Positions 56,328-64,000 of a DNA stretch of 64,000 nucleotides are shown one piece after another. Position 1 is the first letter of the stretch. Every line of letters starts with the position of its first letter. This DNA comes from Actinomycetes bacterium (GTDB taxonomy: Bacteria > Actinomycetota > Actinomycetes > Actinomycetales > Dermatophilaceae), in assembly GCA_021783215.1 (NCBI GenBank), contig JAJXUB010000001.1, forward strand, positions 952-64,951. Reading direction: 5' to 3'. The notes below the pieces were generated by a model, which saw nothing but the letters and a program-made list of their open reading frames with translations, did no database searches and had not been told where the DNA came from. A program made the translations under genes and the position numbers.

Positions 56328-59201
56328 ATGAACGCACGAAGCACCCGGATTCTGGGCAGTGTGGTCGCAGCAGTGGCATCGACGACACTGGCCGTCCCCA
56401 TGGCCCTCGCCGCAGGCCCCGACCCCGGAGGCGGCGGTGGGGGCGGGGGCGGAGCCACCACTGGCTCCATCTATTCCGACCTCGTCATCGCGTTGCGCGA
56501 CGCGAAGGGCGCACCCGTCCTCCAGAAGTACGTCGTCCCCGAGACCGCCTTGTCGGCAGCCTCCGTCGAGTACTGCGTGCAACCCGTCTCCTACGTCGCG
56601 ATCCCCGGCGTCAGCTCCACCACCAACCCGGTCGACGGCCGCACCGCGTGGGTCGTCCCGCTGCAGGGCGCGTTGGTTACCGACACCACCGTGCCGGACG
56701 GGTTCACCGGCGCGTGCGATGCCCAGCCCCAGTACGCCATGTTCATCAAGGAGGTCGAGCTCGAGCGGCTGAACCTCGCGCGGACCTCGGAGACCGTCCT
56801 CGCCGACAAGCTCGGCGACGTGACGATGAAGCTGCGCTTCGCCGACAAGATCGCCCTGGAGTCGACAGGCCGCATCTCCTTCGACGGCGTCCCCATCGAC
56901 GCCTCCCCCGAGAACGCGGCGATCTACCAGTCGCTGCTGAAGACCGGGACCATCCCGGGCCTTCCGTCCGGGATGGCGGGACCGCCGGCCGTCGTCGGCC
57001 CGACCCCCGCAGACGACCAGTCCAACAGCCAGTTCGGCGCCTGGGAGCTCGCAGCCATGAACCTCGGGGCGGCGGCCAGCAAGTCCACCCCCCTGACGCT
57101 CGACGCGATCGAGTACTACAACCGGATCATCGGCTTCCCGCCGACCGCCGACTACACCTCCACGTGGCCGGGAGGTCCCACCTTCGTGACGTCCGCCGAC
57201 CCGGACGGGACCGACTCGATCTCGCCCACGGAGCGGTTCATCGACTACAGCGGCTTCACCTACAACCGCTCACAGACGTTCAAGGGCAGCGTCACCTGGC
57301 TCGACGTGACGACGTTGAAGTGGGTGGTCAGCAAGATCACTGACCGGGTGCCGTTCACCAACCTGTCGTCGTACCCCGAGATCGGCACGAAGACGCTCAC
57401 CGGCATCACGGCCTTCGCCCAGCTGGCCGACGACGTGCGCGCGATGTGCAACTTCGTCCCGGACAACACCTTCATCCCCGGGTTCTCCATGGACGTCCCG
57501 GGAGTGGACACCACCGCGGACCAGCTCAAGGCGATCCACGACCCGGCGGTCGATCTCGGCACGTTGCCGGAGAATGTCTTCCGGACCTTCCAGTTCCAGA
57601 TGACCGCATCGCTGCTCAACCCGTGGGCCGGGGACCTCATCGACAAGGCACAGCTGCGCCTCACGGTCGACGCGGAGGCCCCCTTCTCGGATGGTGACAT
57701 CGCCGCGGTCTCGGGCGGCCAGTCCGTCCCGTTCACCGTGGACGCCAACGGAGACCTCGTCGGGACCTGGGGGCCGGACACAGGCTTCCCGGTGGCACCC
57801 GGGTACAACGTCTCCACGACGTTCGACGTCACGGTCGCCGCCGGTGCGCCGCTCGGCGCCTACGGAGTCACCCTCGCCCTCGTCGACCTCGACGACCCCA
57901 CCACCGTGCTCACCCACGAGACCGGGATGGTCACGGTCAACGACAACGTGGCGACGCTCCTCTGGGGCAGCCCGCTGCCGAAGTACACGACCCAGGGCTC
58001 GTCGATGCCCCTCCCGCTGCAGGTCTACGCACCCGACGCAGGCACCGCAGAGCTGAACCTCAGCGTCACCGGCCCCACCGAGGACCCGGCGACCCCCGAG
58101 AGCGAAGCGCTCGCGGCGGGTGACATCAAGGTCTTCGCGAGCAACGGCACCGACATGGTGGCCATGCCGATCACGCTCGACGCCGCGGGCCGACTCGTCG
58201 GCACGTGGAACGCGACGGTCGCGGCCGGATTCACTCCGGTGACCTGGTACGCCACGGTCATCGAGGGAGCACCGGTCGGGAGCTACTCCTTCGGCGCGAG
58301 CCTCACCGGTGGGAACACCCTGGCCCCGATCTCCGTGGTCGTGTTTGCACCCGAGACGAACGGCCAGCAACCCCCGGCCTCCGGGGACGACACCACCGCG
58401 CCGGTGCTGACCGTGACTCCGGACGTCGTCAGTGGATCGACCGTGACGTTCACGCTCACCGCGAACGAGAGCCCCGTGGACTTCACCTGCATGCTGCAGC
58501 TGAACGGAGCCACCGGGACGCTGGCGGCCTGCACGTCGCCGGTGACATACAGCAGCCTCGCTCCTGGTGACTACGTCTTCTCGGCCCAGGCGACCGACAA
58601 GGCACTGAACGCCTCGCAGATCGTCACCCGCAGCTGGACTGTCGAGCCGCCCGACACCACTGCCCCGGTCATCACGATGGATGTCGTCGGGACCCCCGGT
58701 GCCACGGCGGCCTTCGAGTTCGGGTCGCTGGAGGCCGGCGTCACCTTCGAGTGCGCGCTGACCAAGGACGACGTCGCCGGCACCCCGGAGAAGGGCTGCA
58801 CGTCTCCCAAGGAGTACAGGGACCTCGCCCCCGGGGCATACACGTTCTCGGTCGTCGGGATCGACGCGGTCGGCAACCGCTCGCTGCCCGAGGTGTCCGA
58901 CTCCTGGACCGTCAGTGCGCCTGACACCAGGGCGCCACAGGTCACCGTCACCCCAGTGGGGACCCCCGGCACCACGGCCACCTTCACGATCATCGCGGAC
59001 GAGCCCGCCGTGACGTTCCGGTGCCAGCTCACCAAGAACGGTCGCGTCAGCAAGGCCTGGGCGCCGTGCAACGAGTCGGTCACGTACACGAAGCTCCCTC
59101 CGGCCGCCTACGTGCTCAGCGTCCAGGGCACCGACGCCGCGGGGAACGCCTCCACCATCTCCACCCGGTCGTGGGTCGTCGTGAAGGCGTCGCGCAAGTA
59201 A
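56328..59201 (+). CDS. Large secreted protein: signal peptide, poly-Gly, unrecognised ~430-aa region, two related beta-rich modules, three tandem Ig-like repeats
   Basis: 957-aa ORF. RBS GAGAGGA 7 nt upstream. Signal peptide ...AVPMALA/AGP. A run of 9 Gly. No LPXTG and no TM anchor. Confidence 0.85.
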   Translation: MNARSTRILGSVVAAVASTTLAVPMALAAGPDPGGGGGGGGGATTGSIYSDLVIALRDAKGAPVLQKYVVPETALSAASVEYCVQPVSYVAIPGVSSTTNPVDGRTAWVVPLQGALVTDTTVPDGFTGACDAQPQYAMFIKEVELERLNLARTSETVLADKLGDVTMKLRFADKIALESTGRISFDGVPIDASPENAAIYQSLLKTGTIPGLPSGMAGPPAVVGPTPADDQSNSQFGAWELAAMNLGAAASKSTPLTLDAIEYYNRIIGFPPTADYTSTWPGGPTFVTSADPDGTDSISPTERFIDYSGFTYNRSQTFKGSVTWLDVTTLKWVVSKITDRVPFTNLSSYPEIGTKTLTGITAFAQLADDVRAMCNFVPDNTFIPGFSMDVPGVDTTADQLKAIHDPAVDLGTLPENVFRTFQFQMTASLLNPWAGDLIDKAQLRLTVDAEAPFSDGDIAAVSGGQSVPFTVDANGDLVGTWGPDTGFPVAPGYNVSTTFDVTVAAGAPLGAYGVTLALVDLDDPTTVLTHETGMVTVNDNVATLLWGSPLPKYTTQGSSMPLPLQVYAPDAGTAELNLSVTGPTEDPATPESEALAAGDIKVFASNGTDMVAMPITLDAAGRLVGTWNATVAAGFTPVTWYATVIEGAPVGSYSFGASLTGGNTLAPISVVVFAPETNGQQPPASGDDTTAPVLTVTPDVVSGSTVTFTLTANESPVDFTCMLQLNGATGTLAACTSPVTYSSLAPGDYVFSAQATDKALNASQIVTRSWTVEPPDTTAPVITMDVVGTPGATAAFEFGSLEAGVTFECALTKDDVAGTPEKGCTSPKEYRDLAPGAYTFSVVGIDAVGNRSLPEVSDSWTVSAPDTRAPQVTVTPVGTPGTTATFTIIADEPAVTFRCQLTKNGRVSKAWAPCNESVTYTKLPPAAYVLSVQGTDAAGNASTISTRSWVVVKASRK
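58389..59198 (+). repeat. Three tandem ~90-codon coding repeats (Ig-like modules beginning DT(T/R)AP, each with a conserved Cys pair)
   Basis: Units start at 58389, 58653 and 58923. Shared pattern DTxAP.(V/I)T...G...T..F.......V.F.C.L......... C.SP..Y..L..G.Y.F.V...D..GN.S......W.V. Confidence 0.8.
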
Positions 59202-59229
59202 GCGCCCTCCTCTCGTGAGGGCAAGCTCC

Positions 59230-59260
59230 GGGGGGCCGCACGGTCATCGTGCGGCCCCCC
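59230..59260 (+). terminator. Strong hairpin (12-bp GGGGGGCCGCAC stem, 7-nt loop) after the large gene
   Basis: Read directly. Starts 29 nt after stop codon 59201. Confidence 0.6.
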
Positions 59261-59291
59261 GCACGCCTCAGGACCAACCAGGAGGTCACCG

Positions 59292-60068
59292 ATGCCCGAC
59301 ACGGTTCGCCGTCCCATGCGCCACGACACAGTGTCATCCGCGTCGCATCGCCTGCGCCGCTGCGTCGACCCGGCCGACAATGAGCCCATGCAGACCGTGC
59401 TGGTCGTCGAGGACGAGCGCGACATCCGCGAGCTCCTGCGGCGCTACCTGGGGAGGGCCGGCCTGGCGGTGATCGTCGCCGCGACGGGTGCCGAGGCCCT
59501 CCTCGAGCTCGAGGCGACCCAACCCGACCTGGTCCTCCTCGACCTGGGTCTCCCGGACGTCGACGGGGTCGAGATCCTCGAGCGGGCCGCTCCCGGCATC
59601 CCCGTGATCGTCCTCACCGCCCGGGCCGGCGTACCGGATCGGATCGCCGGCCTGCGGGCGGGCGCCGACGACTACGTCATCAAGCCGTTCAGCCCGACGG
59701 AGGTCATCCTTCGCGTGAAGGCGGTCCTGGCCCGGCGGCCGTGCGGGGGGCAACCGCAGGCCCGCAGCTTCGACCACGGCCGGCTCCGGGTCGACCCGGT
59801 ACGCCACCGGGCCTGTCACGATGGGGTGCCCCTGTCCCTGACCCCTAGCGAGTGGAACCTGCTCGTCACGCTGACCGGCACACCCGGCCGAGTCTTCAGC
59901 CGGCACGAGCTCGTCGAACGGATCGGCGGAAGCCTCTTGGACGGGTACGAGCGCGGGGTCGACTCGCACGTCAAGAACCTGCGGCACAAGCTGGGGCCCG
60001 ACGGCCAGCATCTCATCGAGACGGTGATCGGATTCGGCTACCGTCTCGGCGCGCAGGCCGATGACTGA
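59292..60068 (+). CDS. OmpR-family response regulator
   Basis: Receiver domain (VLVVEDE..., DLVLLDLGLPDVDG, KPF) plus winged-helix domain (LTPSEWNLL, GYRL). ATG 59292 has AGGAGG plus 6 nt. The conserved domain begins at ATG 59388, so the 32-aa extension is uncertain. Confidence 0.85.
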   Translation: MPDTVRRPMRHDTVSSASHRLRRCVDPADNEPMQTVLVVEDERDIRELLRRYLGRAGLAVIVAATGAEALLELEATQPDLVLLDLGLPDVDGVEILERAAPGIPVIVLTARAGVPDRIAGLRAGADDYVIKPFSPTEVILRVKAVLARRPCGGQPQARSFDHGRLRVDPVRHRACHDGVPLSLTPSEWNLLVTLTGTPGRVFSRHELVERIGGSLLDGYERGVDSHVKNLRHKLGPDGQHLIETVIGFGYRLGAQADD

Positions 60069-61098
60069 TCGGCGCCGCCTCGGCCCGATGGAGGTTCGGC
60101 TGCTCACCGGCTTCCTCGTCGTGTCGCTCACCGCTCTCGGCGTCCTGCTCATGGGCACCGTCATCCCCCACCTGCTCGCGCGCACTGGGCACGGGGAGGC
60201 GGTCGACACCCGCTGGCTCGTCATGGCATCGGTCGTGGCGCTGCTCACGGCGATCGTGGCGTCCGTCCTGGCCACCCGCCGACTGCTGGCGCCGATCGAG
60301 CTGGCCCTCACCACCGCCAAAGCCTTTGCCGCCGGCGACCACAGCGCGCGCGTGCCCGACCTCGGTCGGCCCGAGCTGGTCGAGCTTGTCGACGCGCTCA
60401 ACGCGGCCGCCGGCCAGGTGGAGCGCTCGGAGCTGGACCGTCAGCGCCACACCGCCGACATCGCGCACGAGCTGAGGACACCCCTCACCGCCCTGCAGGC
60501 CGGCCTGGAGGAGCTGCGCGACGGCCTGGTTCCTGCCTCTCACGCAAGGCTTGCTGCCCTGCACGACCAGGCGAGCCGGCTCGGTCGGGTGGTCAACGAC
60601 CTCGCCGAGCTCTCCGCCGTGGAGTCCCCCGGGCTTCAGCTCACCCTCGACCACGTCGACCTCGCGGAGGTGGCAGAGGACGCCGTGGCCGCCCGCGCCG
60701 GGGCGATGTCTGCCGCGGCTCTGACCTGGCGCACCGAACTCGACCCAGGCGTCGTCGTTGGGGCGGATGCCGACCGCCTCCATCAGGTCATCGGCAACCT
60801 CCTGGCCAACTGCACCGCCTACTGCCGCGCCGGCGACACCGTGGTCGTGCGGGTGCGAGCAGACGACCAACGCGGCGTGCTAGAGGTGGCCGACAGCGGC
60901 CCGGGACTCAGCGAGGAGGAGCGCACACACGTCTTCGACCGAAGCTGGCGCGGAAGCGGGGGCCGCACGAGGCCAGGCAGCGGGCTCGGTCTGCCCATTA
61001 CGCGCGCACTCGTAGTCGCGCAGAGAGGCGAGGTCGAGCTGACCTCGGGTGTCGACCAGGGCACCAGCGTACGCATCATCCTCCCGCTGGCCCGCTGA
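60061..61098 (+). CDS. Sensor histidine kinase (two TM with a ~16-aa loop, HAMP, HisKA, HATPase_c)
   Basis: 345-aa ORF: H-box IAHELRTPLT, NLLANC, GSGLGLPI. Overlaps the RR gene by 8 nt. Confidence 0.88.
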   Translation: MTDRRRLGPMEVRLLTGFLVVSLTALGVLLMGTVIPHLLARTGHGEAVDTRWLVMASVVALLTAIVASVLATRRLLAPIELALTTAKAFAAGDHSARVPDLGRPELVELVDALNAAAGQVERSELDRQRHTADIAHELRTPLTALQAGLEELRDGLVPASHARLAALHDQASRLGRVVNDLAELSAVESPGLQLTLDHVDLAEVAEDAVAARAGAMSAAALTWRTELDPGVVVGADADRLHQVIGNLLANCTAYCRAGDTVVVRVRADDQRGVLEVADSGPGLSEEERTHVFDRSWRGSGGRTRPGSGLGLPITRALVVAQRGEVELTSGVDQGTSVRIILPLAR

Positions 61099-61113
61099 GA
61101 TCGAGTTCGGGAA

Positions 61114-61137
61114 CCGCGGGGTGAACAATGCCCGCGG
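61114..61137. terminator. Hairpin between the convergent HK and DUF2202-like genes (CCGCGGG-N10-CCCGCGG)
   Basis: Read directly. 7-bp stem. Confidence 0.4.
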
Positions 61138-61231
61138 CATCATGGCCGCACGGCGGCACCCCGGATGCCAGGTCGCCGGGCCGTGGTCGCGGTGCGAGGT
61201 TCACGGCCCGGCTGCCCCTGGCGTCGGGGGC

Positions 61232-61939
61232 TCAGGTGGCGTCCGCGTCGAGGTAGGGGCAGTCGCCTCCGGCGGCGTTGCCGCCGCGCATCCCGGTTCC
61301 GTTCCCGTTGCCCATCATCCCGTTGCCGCGACCGGGGGTCGTGGAGTCGCCCGAGCGACCACCCATCATCCCGAAACCGGTGCCCAGGTCCCCGGCGACG
61401 GCGCGCTGGTAGGCCGCAAGGTGCCGCTGGGAGCCCTGAGCCAGCCGGCCGAAGACCGCGTCGACGTCGGCCGGCAGGTTGCCCGCGATGCTCTTGTTGA
61501 GGTCGGCGACGTCCCGCTGCTCGAGCTCGACGCCCACCTGGTAGGCGGCGTTCAGCGAGCTCTTGCCCTTGGCCAACCAGCTGTCGTAGAGCTTCTGGAT
61601 GGCCGGGTCGGCGTAGGTCCCCGCCGCCTTGCCGGCCGCAGGGTCCGCCACCTTGTAGCGCTCCAGCAAGGCACCGACCGCCTCGAAGTGGCGGTCCTCG
61701 CTCTTCGTGATCATGCTGAACGGGCGCGCCCCGTCGTAGGTGCCGGCGAGGGCGGCGTACAGGTCACGCGCCATCCGCTCCTCCTCGCGGGAGAAGGTGA
61801 GCGCGCTGGTCACGGCGCCGTCCGCCGTCGCGGACGGCGCGGGGCTCGTGGCGGCGGACGCCTGGCTGACGGCCACTCCCCCTGCGAGGAGGGCTGCCAC
61901 GCCCAGGGCTGCTGACGTCATGCGGGTCGATGTGCTCAT
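61232..61939 (-). CDS. Secreted DUF2202 (ferritin-like) protein with a Met/Gly-rich C-terminal tail
   Basis: 235-aa ORF. AGGAG lies 6 nt upstream. Signal peptide ..SQASA. EEERMARDLY...SEDRHFEA...ELEQRDV...GSQRHL (four-helix, ferritin-like). Tail GMMGGRSGD..GNGMMGNGNGTGMRGGN...C. Confidence 0.75.
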   Translation of the reverse strand: MSTSTRMTSAALGVAALLAGGVAVSQASAATSPAPSATADGAVTSALTFSREEERMARDLYAALAGTYDGARPFSMITKSEDRHFEAVGALLERYKVADPAAGKAAGTYADPAIQKLYDSWLAKGKSSLNAAYQVGVELEQRDVADLNKSIAGNLPADVDAVFGRLAQGSQRHLAAYQRAVAGDLGTGFGMMGGRSGDSTTPGRGNGMMGNGNGTGMRGGNAAGGDCPYLDADAT

Positions 61940-62091
61940 GGTGTGCTCCTGGTGTCGGTGCTCGTGGTGGCTGTTGTTGTGTCCACTACCGATGCAACCG
62001 GGTGGCGATGAAGCGACTGGGGCGGCGGGTGTGAAGCCTTCGTGAAGGCAACCCTGCGCTCACGTCGCCCAGCGCAAGAGGAGTTACCGGA

Positions 62092-62289
62092 ATGTGCCGA
62101 GCCGCGACCTGCGCCAAGGCCACCACGACGACCCGGGCCGGCTGCGGCCTGCACGTCGACAGCGTCATGCGCGGTGTCCGCGCCAGCGACCGCTGCCAGG
62201 GCCACGGGAACGAGCCGAGCACCGGCCTGTTCGCCACGATGCTCGGACGCTGGCCGCCGGAGGCCGCACACGACCCCCGCGCCCGATGA
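62092..62289 (+). CDS. Small Cys/His-rich ORF (65 aa), possible zinc-finger protein
   Basis: AGGAG lies 8 nt upstream of the ATG. About 90% G/C at codon position 3 by my count. C2-x4-C7-x10-C18-x2-H21 spacing. The stop codon sits in the loop of a 13-bp hairpin. Confidence 0.45.
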   Translation: MCRAATCAKATTTTRAGCGLHVDSVMRGVRASDRCQGHGNEPSTGLFATMLGRWPPEAAHDPRAR

Positions 62290-62303
62290 GTCGGGCGCGG
62301 GGG
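62274..62303. terminator. 13-bp perfect hairpin CCCCCGCGCCCGA / TGAG / TCGGGCGCGGGGG
   Basis: Read directly. Encloses the stop codon of the small ORF. Confidence 0.6.
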
Positions 62304-62540
62304 GACCTCTCACGTGTGGCGAGGTGCAGGTGGTTTCAGTGGTGGCCCTTGTCGGAGCCGGCCCGCGAGGCCACCCATCGGACCCCGGCCGGGTGTCATG
62401 GGTGGCGCGAATGCGGCAAAGAGGGTCATGGCGCCTTCCTCTCGGCTGAGGGCACCAACGATGAACGACGCACAGTCGCTGCAACCGAGAACAGGAGACC
62501 CCCGAACTGGCGTTTCCGCAGTTCAGGGGCTCCTCGCGTG

Positions 62541-62613
<73 letters not shown>

Positions 62614-62735
62614 ATGGCGCCTAGCCACGATAGCAAGCAGGCCGCCTGTCCGCGAAAGCCGGGTCCGCGGGGAGGGGCCGCCGGCCGGTCCGTAGGCCAC
62701 GGCGGGGCCGCCGCTCACCCCGCGTCCGCCTCGGG

Positions 62736-63251
62736 TCAGCGGAGACCGGCCTGCTCCTCGAGCCGGGCGAGGACCTCCAGGGCCGCATCCGCGAGCGGTT
62801 TGTCATCGGCCCGCGCCTCGGGGGCCAGCACGACCTGGCCAAGGAGCCGACCCGACCCCAGGTCCCGCCGGACGGCGACGCGCGCGCTACGGCTCGGCCC
62901 CAGCTCGACGGTCTCGAGGATGACGACCGTTGCCTCGACCCGCTCACGGAGCACCTCTGGGACCCGGGCCGGCGTGGGCAGCCACCAGCGGGTCGGTGCC
63001 GTCCCGTCGACCCACGTCAGGGTCAGGGACATCGCCTCATGGTCCCAGGAGGCGCCGTCAACGACGTGCCAGGGGCGGTCGAGCGCGTCCGCGCCCTCCG
63101 GCCCGACGAGGTGGACGGCGGATGTGCCGACGACGACGACGCCGCCCGTGACGCCCTCCCGGGCCCAGGCGAGCGGCCGCTCCCCCGCCGGCAGCGCGGC
63201 CGTGACCGCCGCGGGCAGCGGCCCGGGTCCCTGAGCGCGGAACCTCCTCAT
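62736..63251 (-). CDS. Conserved hypothetical protein downstream of dnaG (Rv2342-like position)
   Basis: Last 171 codons of ORF 62736..63698(-). ATGA overlap with the dnaG stop. Confidence 0.65.
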   Translation of the reverse strand: MRRFRAQGPGPLPAAVTAALPAGERPLAWAREGVTGGVVVVGTSAVHLVGPEGADALDRPWHVVDGASWDHEAMSLTLTWVDGTAPTRWWLPTPARVPEVLRERVEATVVILETVELGPSRSARVAVRRDLGSGRLLGQVVLAPEARADDKPLADAALEVLARLEEQAGLR

Positions 63252-64000
63252 GACGCCGACTCCGAACGCAAGCGGGCCTGCTCGCGCTGAAGATCCTGAA
63301 GACGCATGCTCGCAGCCCTGACCTCCTCGACATCGACGTGAGGGTCGTTCGACAGCTGGCGCAGGTGGGACATCGCATCTCCGATCGTCCGGCTGAGGGC
63401 AACGTCGCGGACGCCGTCGACGAGCGAGGCGACGTAGCGTCGCTCCGGCAGCCCGGTCGCCTTGTCCATCTTGGCGGGCAGCGGGGCGACGGCGAGCTCG
63501 GCGACGAGAGGCTGGACAGCCATCGGAGAGGCCGTCGTCACGGCCTCGATCCACGCGCGTGTCGACCGGGCACTCCCGGGGCCGCCGGCGGCCCGGATGC
63601 CGTCGAGGACGGCACGATGGGCCGGCGCGTGGAACGCCTGGCCCGGCAGGGCATCGACGGCCGCCGCATCGACGAGGCTGGGGTACTGGAGGACGCACTG
63701 GAGGAGCTGACGCTCGGCCCGGACCACGGGGTCGCGCAGGTCCGGCGCCGGAAGAGCCGCCCGTACCTCCCGTGCCGAGGGCTCGAGCACCGTCTCGTCG
63801 GGCTGCTCGCGGGCTCCGGACTGCGTCCCCTTCTCCGCGTCGCGGGCGGCGAGCTTCCCCGCCGCCGTGACGGCCGTGCGCATCTGGTCGACGTCGACGC
63901 CGAGCCAGCCCGCGACCGTCCGGATGTACTCGGGCCGCAGGGCGTTGTCGCGTATCGAGCCGACGATCGGGGCCGCGGCACGCATGGCCTGGACGCGCCC
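63248..64000 (-). CDS. dnaG: DNA primase, C-terminal part (gene continues beyond the window)
   Basis: IRDNALRPEYIRTVAGWLGVD...ERQLLQCVLQYPSL... is typical of the actinobacterial DnaG C-terminal (DnaB-interacting) region. There is no stop between 63985 and the window edge. Confidence 0.85.
   Translation of the reverse strand, partial: GRVQAMRAAAPIVGSIRDNALRPEYIRTVAGWLGVDVDQMRTAVTAAGKLAARDAEKGTQSGAREQPDETVLEPSAREVRAALPAPDLRDPVVRAERQLLQCVLQYPSLVDAAAVDALPGQAFHAPAHRAVLDGIRAAGGPGSARSTRAWIEAVTTASPMAVQPLVAELAVAPLPAKMDKATGLPERRYVASLVDGVRDVALSRTIGDAMSHLRQLSNDPHVDVEEVRAASMRLQDLQREQARLRSESAS

Noticed and set aside
59292-59387. Whether the 32-codon N-terminal extension of the response regulator is real.
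   Set aside because: Not resolved rather than rejected. ATG 59292 has the best RBS in the region (AGGAGG plus 6 nt) and moderate coding bias, but the conserved receiver domain starts at ATG 59388. I kept the longer call and flagged the uncertainty.
62300-62425. 39-aa minus-strand ORF (MTLFAAFAPPMTPGRG...) convergent with the small Cys ORF and preceded by GAGGAAGG.
   Set aside because: Third-position GC is only about 60%, far below real genes here. The spacer to the ATG is short. The sequence has no features. It is probably non-coding.

Overview
Dense, very GC-rich (roughly 70%+) actinobacterial chromosome segment. Most genes lie on the minus strand and many are translationally coupled through ATGA/GTGA overlaps. 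About 85% of the window is conserved core genome whose gene order I recognise from Mycobacterium and Streptomyces. In order: tyrS, mpg, argC-J-B-D-F-R-H (no argG), pheS-pheT, a Fur-family regulator, an orphan PAS histidine kinase, a TrmH-type methyltransferase, infC-rpmI-rplT, an SseB-like gene, hisD-C-B-orf-hisH-priA, glnA2-glnE, a coupled GT4 glycosyltransferase/PIG-L deacetylase pair, panB, map, ppgK. Then a co-directional RNA-metabolism array: tRNA-Val, NIF3, Zn-ribbon, RNase HI/CobC, RNB-like, RNase P RNA. Then a DUF3052-ahpE-GH13 operon, a bPH_2 (YdbS/YdbT-like) pair, aceE, a displaced type-2 argG, tRNA-Met and an NfnAB/SudAB-like pair. The only clearly accessory stretch is about 55.4-62.5 kb. 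There, an amino-acid ABC operon stops after its ATPase and binding protein. It is followed by a frameshifted tyrosine-recombinase fragment, about 600 bp of apparently dead DNA, a 957-aa secreted protein with an unrecognised N-terminal region and three tandem Ig-like repeats, an OmpR/HK pair, a DUF2202-like secreted protein with a Met/Gly-rich tail, a small Cys/His ORF, and then tRNA-Asn, an Rv2342-like gene and dnaG. Other signals worth a second look: candidate ARG boxes at argC and argG; several apparently leaderless genes; an ATC start and structured leader at infC; a perfect 21-bp inverted repeat and a truncated VOC gene beside tRNA-Met; and a window-wide excess of the word GCATAC/GTATGC, which inside genes is made by otherwise rare codons. 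No CRISPR array, rRNA or intact mobile element was found. Most long ORFs in the six-frame track that are antisense or out of frame to these genes are high-GC artefacts. RNA and motif coordinates were read by eye and may be off by 1-2 nt. CDS starts were frame-checked against the ORF track.
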